From Eledone cirrhosa (taxonomy: Eukaryota), in NCBI GenBank assembly GCA_964016885.1, contig OZ024741.1:80042001-80106000 (forward strand): a stretch of 64,000 bases of DNA, read 5' to 3'. The position numbers and the translations under genes were made by a program. Shown in pieces: positions 38,419 through 52,100 of this stretch. Positions within the stretch are counted from its first letter, which is position 1. Every line of letters begins with the position of its first letter. Below the pieces are notes generated by a model. It was not told the origin of the DNA. It did not search any database and was given only the letters and a program-made list of their open reading frames with translations.

Positions 38419-38855
38419 CTTTAGACAAAATAGTAAAAAAAAAACATTCGCTACCAAATATCTACATGTACACATTCTTCTGCAGGTAGGCATCCATACA
38501 TTTTCAAATATTTCAAAGAGGAAAACTTCGCTAGTCAATACAAATCTAAGTATGACTCTATGGTTCTTTAGGAGTTCGCCTCACAATCACATGGTTTCTA
38601 GTTAAGTCTGACTGCGTGGCACCTTTGGTGGGTGCCTGTTTTACTATAGCTTCGGGACAACCGATGCTGTGTGATTGATATTTGGTAGACGGAACCTGTA
38701 GAAGCCCTTTGTGTGTGTGTGTGTAAATATATATATATAATGCCAACACAAGAGCAAGAATGAAGGGTTCATTCTACTGACATAGCTATAAAAATGAGGC
38801 TTGTTTGTATAATTGCAAACAAATCGAATGTTATTCGAAAAACTCAGATTACATT

Positions 38856-38905
<50 letters not shown>

Positions 38906-38949
38906 GTTTAAGTGTGTTATATATGTATATATGTTTGAATGTATGTAAG

Positions 38950-39290
38950 GGTAGAGGAACTCAGGAGAGTCAACGGCCATCCAATAAGGATATATATATT
39001 TTTTTTTTTTTTATGGAACGAGGAATCCTAGTCTTCATTGAAACATCTCTCTAGGAGAAAGTCACTCTGATATAAAACCTGCGACTTCGTTTGCATCCAA
39101 TGATGTAGACTAGTTCTTCTTTTAGGGCAAATGCATTCGATGGCCCTATGCATTTGCAAATTGGCCCTGTGCAAAGCCTTTCCTCACTATAAAGCTTCAA
39201 GCATAGGTATTGCTTGATGTGACTTTTTTTGCGATGCATGGCATTGCTGACCATAGGCAAGCCCTAGCAAGACTAAAAAGCTACAAACGC
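38950..39290. repeat. Interspersed repeat; second copy at about 60850-61200
   Basis: Shared GGAACTCAGGAGAG...CTCTCTAGGAGAAAGTCA.TCTGATA.AAAACCTGCGACTTCGTT.GCATCCAATGAT. Confidence 0.8.
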
Positions 39291-39584
39291 AAACCTGTAC
39301 TGCCTTTTATCTACTCTAATTCTCCTTGCACTTAGGGCCAAGGAGGGTAAACTCTCCGAATATCAGTCACTCTCCAACAGGTTTGCGGTCGAGCTCGTAG
39401 CAGGGGAGACTTCTGGTGTCCTTGGCCCTAGGGCCACCACCTTACTCACCACCATCAGCAAAGAGTTGGCTACCCGCTCTTCCAGCACGTCTCCCTCACC
39501 ATCCTCCGGAGAAACGCCTTCTCTATGCTGTCCGCCAGGGCCGTGGGGTGGCCAGCACGTGGGCCCCCATTTTCTCATAATAGT

Positions 39585-39768
39585 TGTTTCTACTTTTGGC
39601 ACAAGGCCAGCAATTAACCAGTACATTACTGGTACTTTATTTTATCGACCCCGTAAGGATGAAAGGAAAAGTTAACCTCGACGGGAATTGAACTCAGACC
39701 GTAAAGGGACGTAACTATGCTGGAAATCATGGCGTCCGACCCTCTACCGATACTGCCAATTCACCACA
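39585..39768 (-). mobile_element. SINE with a 15-bp TSD
   Basis: Flanked by TTTTCTCATAATAGT at 39570 and 39770. Confidence 0.9.
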
Positions 39769-40874
39769 CTTTTCTCATAATAGTGAGAGATGGGGAGAGC
39801 GGGAGAGACGAAGGCAGAGATAGTAGGAATTTGGTTCCTTCGTGTTCCGACCTGGTGTATATGTATATTTTTTTTTTTTTACCGCACTACATGTTACATA
39901 CACTCACTTGTACAATACAGTTGTATACAATTCTATTGAATTTCTGACTTTGGGAATCAAATATCTGCCATTTAGTAATGCTGTCCTAATTTGTATATTC
40001 ACCTTCATACACTTCACCAATCCTATAATATATAAAACAAACAAATCAAAATATCTTACCATTCCCCTACTAATGACTTACCCACATCCTCACCCTACAC
40101 ACAATTTCTTTTATAAAACTCTGCCACTTAAGCACCGAAAATACCACACACACATACACATCAATTCATTATTAAACATATGTACATAGAAGTAGGGCTT
40201 GACCAATGAATGAGCAAACACATCAAAATTCTTTCATCAAAAATAGTTTAACATTTCTGTTACTATTCCGCCACCCCAATAAAATCGCACCCATATCTTC
40301 ATTCAACACACCATGGCAATTTCTTTAAAAAATATAAACACACACACACAAATACATAGATACATACATATATACATACAAACAGACAGACACATACGGG
40401 CGCACACGCACGCGCACACACACGCACACGCACACACGCAATACATATATATGAGTAACTGAAAGTGGAGAAATTCACTACTATTTTAACAATGTGAGTT
40501 ATGCTCAATGCGTTATTCAGGTCAGATCATGCAGGAACCGAAATCAATGGTGTAATAGAAAGAGTTATGATACTGGTAGATGAAGACGGTGAAAGTCACA
40601 GAACATAAATGTGGGTGCACTGTGCATTGATAAATGTTATAGTGTTGTATACGTCTCGTGATATAGTCCGAGCTTCCGTATGTTTATATACCACAGAGTC
40701 ATGTACTTAGACTATAACCACGCAGATATGACTAAGTCAAAGGTAGACGTAACCAATTAAAATATGCCCTGTTTCAGTCCCAGTATAATCAACCAATAAT
40801 TAATGCCCAGGAAGACATAAAGGAACATATAAGAAAGTATAAGTAGGCAGTTAAATCAAAACTATTAAAAAAGG

Positions 40875-41198
40875 GTAAAGACCCCCTTCGGTCACGAATG
40901 ACCATGGGATCTTCACTAAGAGAGTTCCTCTTTGAGGCACAAGTCCGGGTAAGGTTGTTTGTGGAAGACCAGCAGTCGCCCATACATACCAGTCTCCCCT
41001 CTACTCTCCACCAATGTAGACCAAGGCCGACACAAATTGGCACCAGTGACGTTGCAACTCATTTCTACAGATCAGTGAACTGGAGCAACGTGAAATAAAG
41101 TATCTTGCTCAAGAACACAACGCAAAGTCTAGTCCGAGAACTCACAATCTCACGATTGTGATCCCGGCGCTTTAACCACTAAGCTATGTGCCTTCACA
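40875..41198 (-). mobile_element. Second tRNA-derived SINE family
   Basis: Minus-strand head GGCACATAGCTTAGTGGTTAAAGCGCCGGGATCACAATCGTGAG (tRNA-like), followed by TGTGTTCTTGAGCAAGATACTTT. Confidence 0.7.
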
Positions 41199-41200
41199 TA

Positions 41201-41832
41201 AAACTATTACTGTAAGTTTAATCTCCTATTTCGAATTTAAATGAAGCTGTTTATAGTTTAAATCTAATCCTTACCTAATAAATATAAGACTAAATAGAGG
41301 CAACTCTATAAGGAGCAGAATTTAATAGGTTATCATAATATATTAAGTAGGGTCATATTTACTATAATTGAAAGAATAGGAGTACCTGTGTTAGCAAGTA
41401 GAAAATGTTTCCTGAATAGGAAATCCGAACCAATTCCTACCTGCCTCCATAGGAACTCCTTTTCTTTCAATAATAGATAATTGTTTCTACGTTAGGCACA
41501 AGGCCAGCAATTACCCACTGTATTACTGGTACTTTATTTTATCGACCCCGTAAGGATGAAAGGCAAAGTTAACCTCGGCGGGATTGAACTCAAAATGGCA
41601 AGGGCCGTAACTCTATGCGTCAAAGCATGGCGTCCGACCCTCTACCGATACTGCCAATCCACCTTTCAATAATAGCTAATATGACCCCACTTAATATAAC
41701 CTATTAAATAATTTCCTTTATATAGTTGCTCCTACCTACTCTTCTATATATTAGGTAAGAATTATACTTAAACAATAGTTAAACAGCTTCCCTTAAATCC
41801 GTAATAGGATATTAAACTTACAATAATAGTTT
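41201..41832. mobile_element. Old fold-back element with a SINE (41477-41662, minus strand) inserted in one arm
   Basis: AAACTATTACTGTAAGTTTAAT ... ATTAAACTTACAATAATAGTTT and further paired blocks. SINE TSD CTTTCAATAATAG at 41464 and 41663. Confidence 0.8.
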
Positions 41833-42234
41833 TAATTTAACTGATTACATACCACTAGATATGCCTTACAACACAATGTATATACACTTAATTTTAAATA
41901 TTATTTTTGCTATGCGTAGAGAATTTCTATTCTGTTTACGTTTCTCCTAAGAATGTTTTACTTCTTACACAATGCTTTCCTGTAAAATGCTTAAACAAAC
42001 GCAATCTTCTTTAACTACGAAACTCACATTCTTATAAAAATAAAATTTTCGGGGGGTTTTTTTCAGTTTTTTTTTCCGCTTTTTTAACGCTTGCCTAGGT
42101 ATTAACAAAACGGGAATAAGTGACTCACTTAATTGATCTATATTTCCTGACGAGATGAGGAGAGGTGTTTTGTGGCATATGAATGATTGATTGACTGATT
42201 AATTAATTCACTTGATTGATACATCTCTCCTTAT

Positions 42235-42795
42235 TGAAACGATTGTTTTCGTGATCGTATTCTTTCGGTTATTACCCAAGATTCATGACCAGAAGTAAGG
42301 TGTTGTTGACACGAATACCGAATTGAAAATAGTGAGTTTGGCTTTTACACATACTGCCTTTCTTCTGATTTCCGAATGCTGAAGCTGGCACATTACTGCA
42401 CCAGATCCTGCAATTCTTGCACTTAATTCAGCCTCCTGCCTTCCATCACTCATGAACATGGCCCCAAGATACTTGAACTTCTCCACCTGCTTCAGGGGAA
42501 CTCCATTCACCTGTAGAGTGCACTACGCAGGCTTCTTTGAGAGGACGAGTGTCTTAGTTTTCATAGCACTGATTTTCATTTCAGCCATGCAGCACTCGGC
42601 TTCAAACCTATCAAGGGTAAGTCGGAAATTACCTTCTGTCAAGTTAAATAATACTATATCGTATGCAAATTCCAGCTGACTGATTCTACACTTGCCAGTT
42701 GTGACCTCACTTCCAACCCGGTTGTGCATGGCGATCCTGTTCATGAAAATAATGAACAGGAGAGGTGACAGTACGCACCTTTGGTTTCGATTTAG
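42235..42795 (-). pseudogene. RTE-like LINE RT fragment
   Basis: QRCVLSPLLFIIFM, FAYDIVL and LKQVEKFKYLG. Homologous to 53900-54500. Confidence 0.85.
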
Positions 42796-43024
42796 CACCA
42801 TTTATCCGAACACAAATACTGCCTTTCATATGGCTTTTCGGGGTCTACAAAACAACAATATACCTCCAGTACAGTATATTGGATTTTGTTCCATACACAA
42901 TATATGGAGGTACCATAAATCTTTTCAGTGCTTAGGGCCTGTAAAGGTCTCAATCAAGCCGTGCATACAGTCACGTGTTCGCTCATTAGTTGTTATTCTT
43001 GCTATTTTTATTGTAGCTGCTGCT

Positions 43025-43280
43025 ACTACTATTAGATGTCACTAATAAGTGTTTCTACTTTTGGCACAAGGCCAGCAATTATCCCAGTGCATTACTGGTA
43101 CTTTATTTTGCATTGGGATAATTGCTGGCTTTATGCCAAAAGTAGAAACAATTATTAGTTAGGTATCACTAATAATTGTTTTTACCTTTGGCACAAGGCC
43201 AGCAATTATCCCAGTGCATTACTGGTACTTTATTTTATCGATTCCGTAAGGGTGAAAAGCAAAGTTAACCTCGGCGGTAA
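43025..43280. repeat. SINE 3'-end fragments, including an inverted pair (43030-43151)
   Basis: TGTTTCTACTTTTGGCACAAGGCCAGCAATTATCCCAGTGC ... GCATTGGGATAATTGCTGGCTTTATGCCAAAAGTAGAAACA. Confidence 0.85.
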
Positions 43281-43454
43281 TATTGCTGCAATAGTGTTGT
43301 TATTTCACTCAACATCTTTGCTGCTATTGTTACAGCATTTCTTGAGTCAGCCACTGTCGTTGTTGTCGTCTCTGTATTACTGTTGCGGTTGCTGCTACTA
43401 ATGTTATTATTACTAAAGTTGTTGTTATTATTATTGTTTATTATTGAGTATGAG

Positions 43455-43668
43455 ATTGGCAGTAGCGGTAGAGCGTCGGACACCATGCTTTGCGACAACG
43501 ATCTACGGCCCTTTATGTTCTGATTTCAAATCCTGCCGAGATTAGCTTTGCCTTTCATCCTAACGTGGTCAATAAAATAAAGTACCAGTAATGCACTGAG
43601 GTCGATTAAATCGACTTTCCCCTCCCCAAAAATTGTTGGCCTTGTGCCTAAATTAAAAACCGTTATCA
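43455..43668 (+). mobile_element. SINE (longer subfamily)
   Basis: Consensus match. Confidence 0.82.
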
Positions 43669-44464
43669 TTGTTTAGCTCGTCAACTCGGATCATGCAAAC
43701 CTATTCATTATCAAAGGCATTCTTGTCATGACCATCACGTCTTTTCATAGGAATAAGGGATTTGGTACTATATTATCTAATGTATCTTTCTCTTCTTTTT
43801 TTTAAGCTGACAAGGTGTAATTTGAGGGAGATTGTCTGCTAACAGGTCAAATGAAAACGTAGAGCCGAAGTTCCATAGTAATTTTGTATTTGTTGTTGTT
43901 GGTACTGCTGATATTGTTATATATGATGTTGTGATTGTTGTTCTAATTCGTTTTTGGTGTTTTGTTTTAATCGTTATTTTTAGTGCTGTTGTTGTTGCTG
44001 TAGTTATTTTAATGTTGTTGCTGATATCGCTGTTGTTGTTATTTCTATTGTTGTTAATAGTATTCTTGTTATTACTACCGATGTTGCTCTTTCTATTGTT
44101 GTTAATCATGTAGTTGTTATTGCTATTGATGTTGCTGTTGTTGTTGCTGTTACTATTACTGTGGTTGTTGTTATTGTTCTTTGTATTTTTACGTTTGCAT
44201 TGTTTCTCGTGCTTCCAAGAAACAAGCATGTATAAGTATCTAGATAAATAAATAAGCATTAAACGAAAAGAATGCATTTAAAACAAAATGGCGAATTCAC
44301 CTAGTTTTTCCTTTCTATTGATTGATTTAAATCGTGTGTTTGTGAGCTGCCGTGAAAGATGACTTTGATTTCTCTCTCTCGTTCATTTATATATTTACTA
44401 ACATGAAGATTCAAACGTTGAAGAAGAAAGATATATATCGAAAGGAGACAACAGTGCTAGAGTG

Positions 44465-44530
<66 letters not shown>

Positions 44531-44679
44531 GTAAAGAAGAATAGCAAAGAGAGAGAAAAAAAGAGAAAAAGAGGGAACGCAGTAGAGAAAATGTGAAAGG
44601 GGAAAAATCTGGAAGATGGAGGTGGCGAAAGAGCATCAAACGAAAGAAAAATACATATAAACATGTGTGTATGTGTGTG

Positions 44680-44739
<60 letters not shown>

Positions 44740-46764
44740 ATTACGAGGTGAGTTAGTGCAAATGCGTACGGTTTGTAAAAAGAAAGATAGTTAATGAGTA
44801 GTTTAAAACCAAATAATGTCTTCAAGTCGTTTTCTTCCATATTTGTTTATTGATATTTTTACAATTCATCTTTTCGATGTTTTTGTCTTCTTCTGCGATT
44901 ATTTTTTAATTTTTGGCTGTTGCCCTTAAAATTCTTTGAGTTATTTATTATTAAGAAGAACAAATGAAAATAATATCAAAATAGTTATTATTTATTTATT
45001 TATGTAGGAAAAAGAAAACGAAAAATAATTGAACAAAGAAATAATATTGAATAAAATGAAAAACTATCCTTCTTATAAGAAAGAAAATAAAAGTGAAACG
45101 ATGAAAAAAGGTAGTAAAAGAACATAGAAAATGACAGGTTCAAAAGTTCAAACCAGTGGATAAGTTAGGAACTGGTGTCGCTTATCAAACACAAAATCTA
45201 TATCGACTAATATTTTATGAACACAATTTATACGTCGTATGTACAGGCAATGTGCCGACATATTAGCACTTAGACTTTCAGAATATTCTTACAAATTCCC
45301 GCCCACACATACACATTCTATACCGTTTTCGTGAACGGGCTGAAACTGTTGTGTTGATTGATGGTTTGATGGCTTCACTTATTTCATTGATGCACTTAAA
45401 TTTAATCTTCCGTTGTTTTCTGACCTTGAAAGTATTAACGAGTGCTATTATGGTTGTTTAGGGGAGCATTTATTTATGTAGAAGATAAAACAATCATCTA
45501 TTATTTATTTGTCACTATACAATACCGTTCTCCCTCTTCGTCTCACATAAAAACTAGCTGAGCTGAGTCGAAATTCTAAAACTAAAACAAAAAATAATAA
45601 TAAAAACGTTCGATATTTTTACTGCAATATTTGCTGTTTATTTGATCTTGAAAATAATCACGGTTATACTTATTTAGAAGACATCTATGTAAATAAGCCC
45701 CACTCCGCATTTGTTTATAAAATCAGATAGTGCCATTATTTTCTTCATGTCACTTTAAAACTTCATGTCATTACATAATTGTAAAACCAATTGTTAACAA
45801 TCATTGATATTTATTGTGCTTTGCATCCTTTCTATCGATAAAATAAAGCATCAGCCAAGAACCAGGACAGTGTAATGTTTCTATAAAGCAGCTTAGATGT
45901 ATTAGTCATCTTTTGTAATTTTACTTACATTTTAAATGCTTCATAGGGACATAAATCACACTCGTAATTTACTGGTACGACCCTGGATCTGTGACAAGTA
46001 AAGCTGACCTCTCCAACGTTGCACTCATAATGTAAAATACAGTAAAACTACTGCAAGGCATTCTGTCCGACACTCAAACGATTTTGCCAATCCATTGCTT
46101 TGTCTAAAAAGACAGAAATATTCAGAGTTGTCTTCCGTACTTTAATGTTGATATTTACTGCTTTCTCTCTCTCTCTCTCTCTCTCTCTCGGTTGTTTTCG
46201 TAGTCCTTGAAAGGTTTCATGAAATTTACAATTATTTATGCGATATCTATGACCATGCTGCTTTTGTTTGATAGGACAGGCTTATGATGAAAGGCAATCC
46301 AACTATAACCAACTTTTCTTTTTTTTCAGACATTGTGTACTCCGTGCTACATTATCCAATAGCGCCTTTTTTTCGGTAGATTTTGTGATTGCAAGAAAAT
46401 TTATCTGCTATTTCTAACATGCCAAGTGACTAAATAAAAATTCCTTATTGACTTGATCTATATTGATGTATTTGTGAGAGGCGGGATTGTGCAACCATGT
46501 AAGAGCTGAGTCATAAAAGAACATCCATTCTGCTGTCACACATCCTGTGCAGAAATACTTGATCTCATTGTGATGTCGAAATTATCAAATCTATGGTTGG
46601 GGGGGGGGGGGGTCTCCACAGCTTATTATCAATCTCGACTAAGATTTCCTAGCTGATAGTACTATATCCACCTCGGTTCGCGCTAGATCTGTAGTTTTCA
46701 TAGCACACACACACACATATATATATAATTAAAAGTTGGCGCGTAGCAGTAAACCAGTATGATA

Positions 46765-47295
46765 ATTGTTTTTTTCTTTTTGGCACAAGGCCAGCAATGA
46801 TCCCAGTGCATTACTGGTACTTTATTTTATCGACCCCATAAGGATGAAAGGCAAAGTGAACCTCGGCGGGATTTGAACTCAGACCGTTAAAGGCCGTAAC
46901 TCCATGCTGCAAAGCATGGTATCCGACAATCTATCGATACTGCCAATCCACCGCCCTAGTATAATAATTGTTTCTACTTTTAGCACAAGGCCAGCAATTA
47001 TCCCAGTGCATTACTGGTGCTTTATTTTATCGACCCCGTAAGGATGAAAGGCAAAGTGAACCTCGGCGGGATTTGAACTCAGACCGTAAAGGGACGTAGT
47101 ATAATAATTGTTTCTACATTTGGCACAAGATCAGCAATCACCCAGTGCATTACTGGTACTTTATTTTATCGACCCCGTAAGGATGAAAGGCAAAGTTGAC
47201 CTCGGCAGGAATTGAACTCAGACTGTAAAGGGCCGTAACTCTATGCTGCAAAGCATGGCGTCCGACCTTCTACCGATACTGCCAATCCACAGCCT
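46765..47295 (-). mobile_element. Three tandem SINE copies
   Basis: Three consensus matches separated by TAGTATAATAAT. Confidence 0.92.
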
Positions 47296-47946
47296 TAGTA
47301 GTATAATAATATTAGCAAATGTGCACAAGGAAAAACGGACACAGATGAAAAATTAACACAAGCAATCTATTTTCCTCTTCAACAATCTCCAGGAAATATA
47401 ATTTCGAACGTCACGGAAATGTTGTATTGTTTTAGCCAGGTTGTACAATGACAACCAAAATTTAGGCGCCGGAGAGATACATAAGACAACGCAACAGCAA
47501 AGAAATTGAACAGAAAGTAAACAGTAGGGGGGGATACAAACACTCGAACAACATTAAAGTTGGAGCAAATACAGATACAAAGATGCCTATATGGCTTGTG
47601 AAAAGACAAGTGTATATGTGTAATAGTAAATTCTGGAAAAGGAGACTTACGGACTATTTATCCGAACAGAATACACGAAATAGTTAGAAGGCAATTATCA
47701 AGTTTACGGCCAGTGAAAAAAAAAAAAAACGAGGTAAGAAAAGATCGGAAGTAAGGATTGTAGCAGAGCATGCGTGGGAAAGCGGAAGAAGGGGGGTTAA
47801 GAAAAGGCAGAATATGAAGAGAGAAAGAAAGAGGCTGAGAGAGAGAAATATGAGAGTGGCTGTCACACGAGTGAACAATAGTTAAATCAAATCAAAAGTT
47901 GTCTGGAAGTAGATAATAACATTTTCCTCTTCATATCAAGTAAATG

Positions 47947-48123
47947 CAGACCTGCTAACCTCTAAAAACCCAAAACGGGGAGTACCATGAAAAAAGTGCC
48001 CCAAAACGGGGAGAAATGGGGAAAAATGGGGAGACTTTACATTTTCACAAGAGAAGACATCCCTCACCCACCTCAAAGTGTGTGGGAGATCTCCTCGTCG
48101 GACGGGGAGAGTTGACATGTCTG
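47947..48123. mobile_element. Short MITE-like repeat, copy 1
   Basis: Termini CAGACCTGCTAACCTCT ... AGAGTTGACATGTCTG. A direct-orientation copy lies at 48488-48680. Confidence 0.65.
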
Positions 48124-48373
48124 TGGTGGTTGTGGTGGTGGTGGTGGTGATGGTGTAAAATGTAAACTTATTCAAATGTTGGCATCATTCTGTATTCAGT
48201 AACATTTTACACAAGAGTTCCATAATATCCCGGTTCTGACTAGAATAACGGCTCATTTTTCGTCTCAGATCAATTTAACAGGATGGGTTAATACTTGGCT
48301 TTCTCGAGATTCATACATCCACACAAACACACGCACGCGCGTACACACACACACACACATATGTGTATGTGGG

Positions 48374-48413
<40 letters not shown>

Positions 48414-48487
48414 CCCACATACACACATGCAATCATGCTTACTATATTCTTCTAGTTATAAACATCTGTATACACACCCACCAGCAC

Positions 48488-48680
48488 CAGATCGTCCAAC
48501 CTCTCAAAACCCAAACAGGAGCACCATGAAAAGATTGCCCCAAAACGGGGTGAAATTAGGCAAAATGGGAACATTTTACATAATAAAACTATACCCATTT
48601 TCTCAAGAAAAGAAATCTCTCAACCACTCCCAAAGTGGGTGTGAGATCTCCCCGTCGGACGAGGAGAGTAGACAAGTCTG
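48488..48680. mobile_element. Short MITE-like repeat, copy 2
   Basis: Homologous to 47947-48123. Confidence 0.65.
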
Positions 48681-49008
48681 CATCACATTTTACTAAATAC
48701 TCCGTTACACATAATCTACGTACGTACATCATAATCACAGATACTGTCTCATACTCGTGCAGCAACCCCTTAAACATGCATAAACAACTATGTATACATA
48801 CACTAGATGCTTGCAAAACATGGTATCACACGCACATAAACTCACTCATCCATTGCCCGTCTTTATTATCGCTCTCCTGATGGTAATGCCTCTTTTATCT
48901 TCTTAACCTCTTCTGTACACCATTCCCTTCACAATATACCACCAAATTAACTACATGTATAAACACATTCCACTAAAACTTCTCTCTTTCTTTTTTTCTA
49001 TTTCTTGG

Positions 49009-49066
<58 letters not shown>

Positions 49067-49072
49067 GGAAAA

Positions 49073-49102
<30 letters not shown>

Positions 49103-49103
<1 letters not shown>

Positions 49104-52100
49104 ATGGAAAAATTTGAACAGGAACAAAACAGAGAGGCAGTACAACGAATGTTTATTAGTTTCACGCTCTGGAGAGTGGGGTGGTGGTGGGGAACGACGT
49201 TTCGGGCATAAGCCCTTCCTCAAGTGAGAAGTGTGTGGGAACAGAGTTCAAAGGGTGTGTAGGGGAGTGGTGGAGAGACATATAGCGAAAGGAAACGGCG
49301 CGAATGAAATTAAAAATAAAAATAAAAATAAAGCATGATCAAAATAAAAGGAATGAAATAAAATTAAATATAAAAGCAATATCAAAATAAACTGAAATTA
49401 AAAAGGGGTAAAACAGGTGATGGAAGGGTCTGGGTGTGTAGGGGTGGTGGCGGGTGGAGTAGGGAGAGGGAGACGGGGTGTCCGAGCGGGGAGGGCTGAA
49501 GGTGGTGTGTGTGTGTAGGTGTACGTGTGTGTGTGTGTGTGTATGTGAAAGTAAGGGTTGGGGGAAGAACGGGGTTGCATGTTCAGGAAGAGGTGTGTGT
49601 GGGGGGTTGTAGGTCGGAGTGTCTGTGCGTGTGTGGATAGAAGGGTGGGGGAGAGGAATCAGGAGGCTGAGGGTGTAAATATGTGGTGGAAAGCACGTGT
49701 GTGTGGGGTTTAAGCGTGTTGTGGGTGTAGGTGGCGTGTGGGAGAAAAAAGATTTTTGGGTGTGTGGGTGAGTTATATAGGTGATTCCGTAAGAGGATGG
49801 TTGAAATGTTGGTAAATTCCTATGATGTTTAGTAGATTCCGTGGTGGTCAAGTTCCACATACGAGTATTCCATGAAGTGGTCAAGCGGTGGGAGTGCTGT
49901 GTGTCTGTTTGTGCTGGGAGGTGGTCAGAGGGCATAGCAGCAGTCGGTGGAATGGTAAAGGGGCGAGGATGGGTAGGTGTGAAAGTTGGAGTGAGGAGGG
50001 TGTGTGTGTGTATTAGTAGAGGTGTTAGTGGGATGAGTGAGTGTGGAGAAAGGGTGTGGGTGGAGCGGGGAGAGAAGGGTGTGTGTAGTTCTATGGAGGG
50101 AGTGTGGTGTACTGGTGTGTGTGTAGTTTGATGAAGGGGGTGTTAGTGGGTGTTAGTATACGGGAGGTGGGGAAGGGTTGAATGCAGGTGTGAGTGGGGG
50201 TTAGTGATGGTAGGGTGTGTAGAGTTGGTGGTGTACGAGGGTGTGTGGGTACGTGTGTGTGCGGTTGGGGGTGTTAGTGATGTTAGTTGCGTGTGGGGAG
50301 GGTGGTGTAAGTGGGTGCGTGTGTTCGTGTGATTGGGGTCAGGAGGTGTTAGTGAGGTTAGTTGCGGGGTGGTGGGATGGAGGTGTAGGGGTGAGGGTTA
50401 GTGGTGGTAGTAGGGCGTGTGTTTAGTGTGAGCGCGTGTATATATGTGCCGGTGGGTGTGTGCGTGTGATAAGGAAGGGGGAGGAGGAGAAGAAGGGAGG
50501 GATGTTAGTATGTTAGTTGGGGAAGGGTGGTCGGATGAGGGGTGGAGTGGAGGTGTTAGTATTGTTAGTTGTGGGGTGGGCGGTGAAAAGGAGGGGTGTG
50601 TTAGTGGTGTTAGTGGGGGATAAGTGTGGGGGGAGGGGGCGGTCGAGGGCTAAAGGAATAAGGGTGGGGAGTTCAGGCCGGGGGGAGTGTGGGTCTGTAA
50701 GATGAAGATAGTTCTTTGTTCGACTCTAAGGCGATTGGCGGGTGTTCCGTGGAATTGGAGTAGGCCACAGACTGTGAGATGGCGTGCGGAATGTCCAGGG
50801 CCACCAAAGTGGCGGGCGATGGGGGAACTACCACCGAGACGAATATCCAGGAGGTGCTCAGTGAATCGGTCCGCCAGGCGACGTCCCGTCTGTCCGACAG
50901 ACGGGACGTCGCCTGCGAAGTCCGTAGACTAGGTTGGAGGAGGTGCAGCGGAAGGCATGCCGGACAGAGAGAGAATGGCCGTTGGGACCCTGGAAGGTGG
51001 TGGTGTTGGTGATGTGGGGACAGGTGTTGCAGCGGGGCCTAGAACAGGGAAAGGAACCGGGGGGGGGGAACAGAGCGTGGGTTGGGGGGTAGGGAGCTGT
51101 GGACGAGGAGGGTGCGGAGATTGCGTGCGCGTTTGAAGGAGGCGAGTGGTGGGGTTGAGAAGATGTGGGAGGTGGAGGGGTCGGACTGGAGGCGTCGGAA
51201 GAGGCGGCGGATGGTGCGGTGGAGGGGAAGGTGGGGTGGTAGGTGATGGGGGAGGGGAGACGGTGGGTGGGTGTGCGGTGGCGTGGGGTGAGGGTGGTGG
51301 AGCGGTGGACAGCACGGGCGCGAGTGAGAGCGGTGTGGACGAGAGAGGGGGGGGTAACCTCTGCGGATGAAATGGCTGACTAGGGAAAGGGCCTGGGACT
51401 CGAAGTCAGCATCTCGGCTACAGAGGCGGCGGATCCTGAGGAGTTGGGAGTAGGGAATGGAGTGTTTAGTGTGTGTGGGGTGGGAAGAGGTGAAGTCGAG
51501 GTAAGAGTGGGAGTCGGTGGGTTTGAAGAAGGCGGAGGTGACGAGGGAGTGGTGGGAGGGGTCGAAGGCGACGGAGATGTCTAAGAAGTGGACGTGGGTG
51601 GTGGAGATAGAGGTGGTGAAGTGGAGGGAGGGGTGGAAGGAGCATAAGAAGGAGAGAAAGGAGTCGAGCTGTTCTCGGGTGAGGGTCGTGGCTCCGATAC
51701 AGTCGTCAATGTAACGACCGTACAGTTCGGGCGTGGGGCCGGTGTACTGCGCAAAGATTTGGGCCTCAACATGGCCAACAAAAAAGTTGGCATAGTTCGG
51801 GCCCATTCTTGTACCCATGACTACCCCCGTGACCTGTTGGTAAAACTCACCCGAGAAGGAGAAACAAGTGAGGGTGAGGACCAGCTCGGCGAGGCGAAGG
51901 AGGGTGGGGTGGAGGGAATGGGGGAGGGGCGAAGATCGAGGTAGTGTTTGAGGGCGCGTAGGCCGTCGGCGTGGGGGATGACGGTATAGGGGGACTTGAT
52001 GTCTAGGGTGAAGAGGAAGGGCTGTGGGCCGAGTGGGTAGGTGAAGGAGTCGAAAAGGCGTAGGGCGTGGTTGGTGTCGGAGATGTTGGAGGGGAGGGTG

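Noticed and set aside
46765-47295. Regularly repeated ~190-bp units (CRISPR- or satellite-like)
   Set aside because: Tandem SINEs; no unique spacers and no cas genes.
43790-47900. Apparently unique non-repetitive stretches that could hold host exons or enhancers
   Set aside because: No recognisable protein motif or convincing splice structure from the sequence alone.
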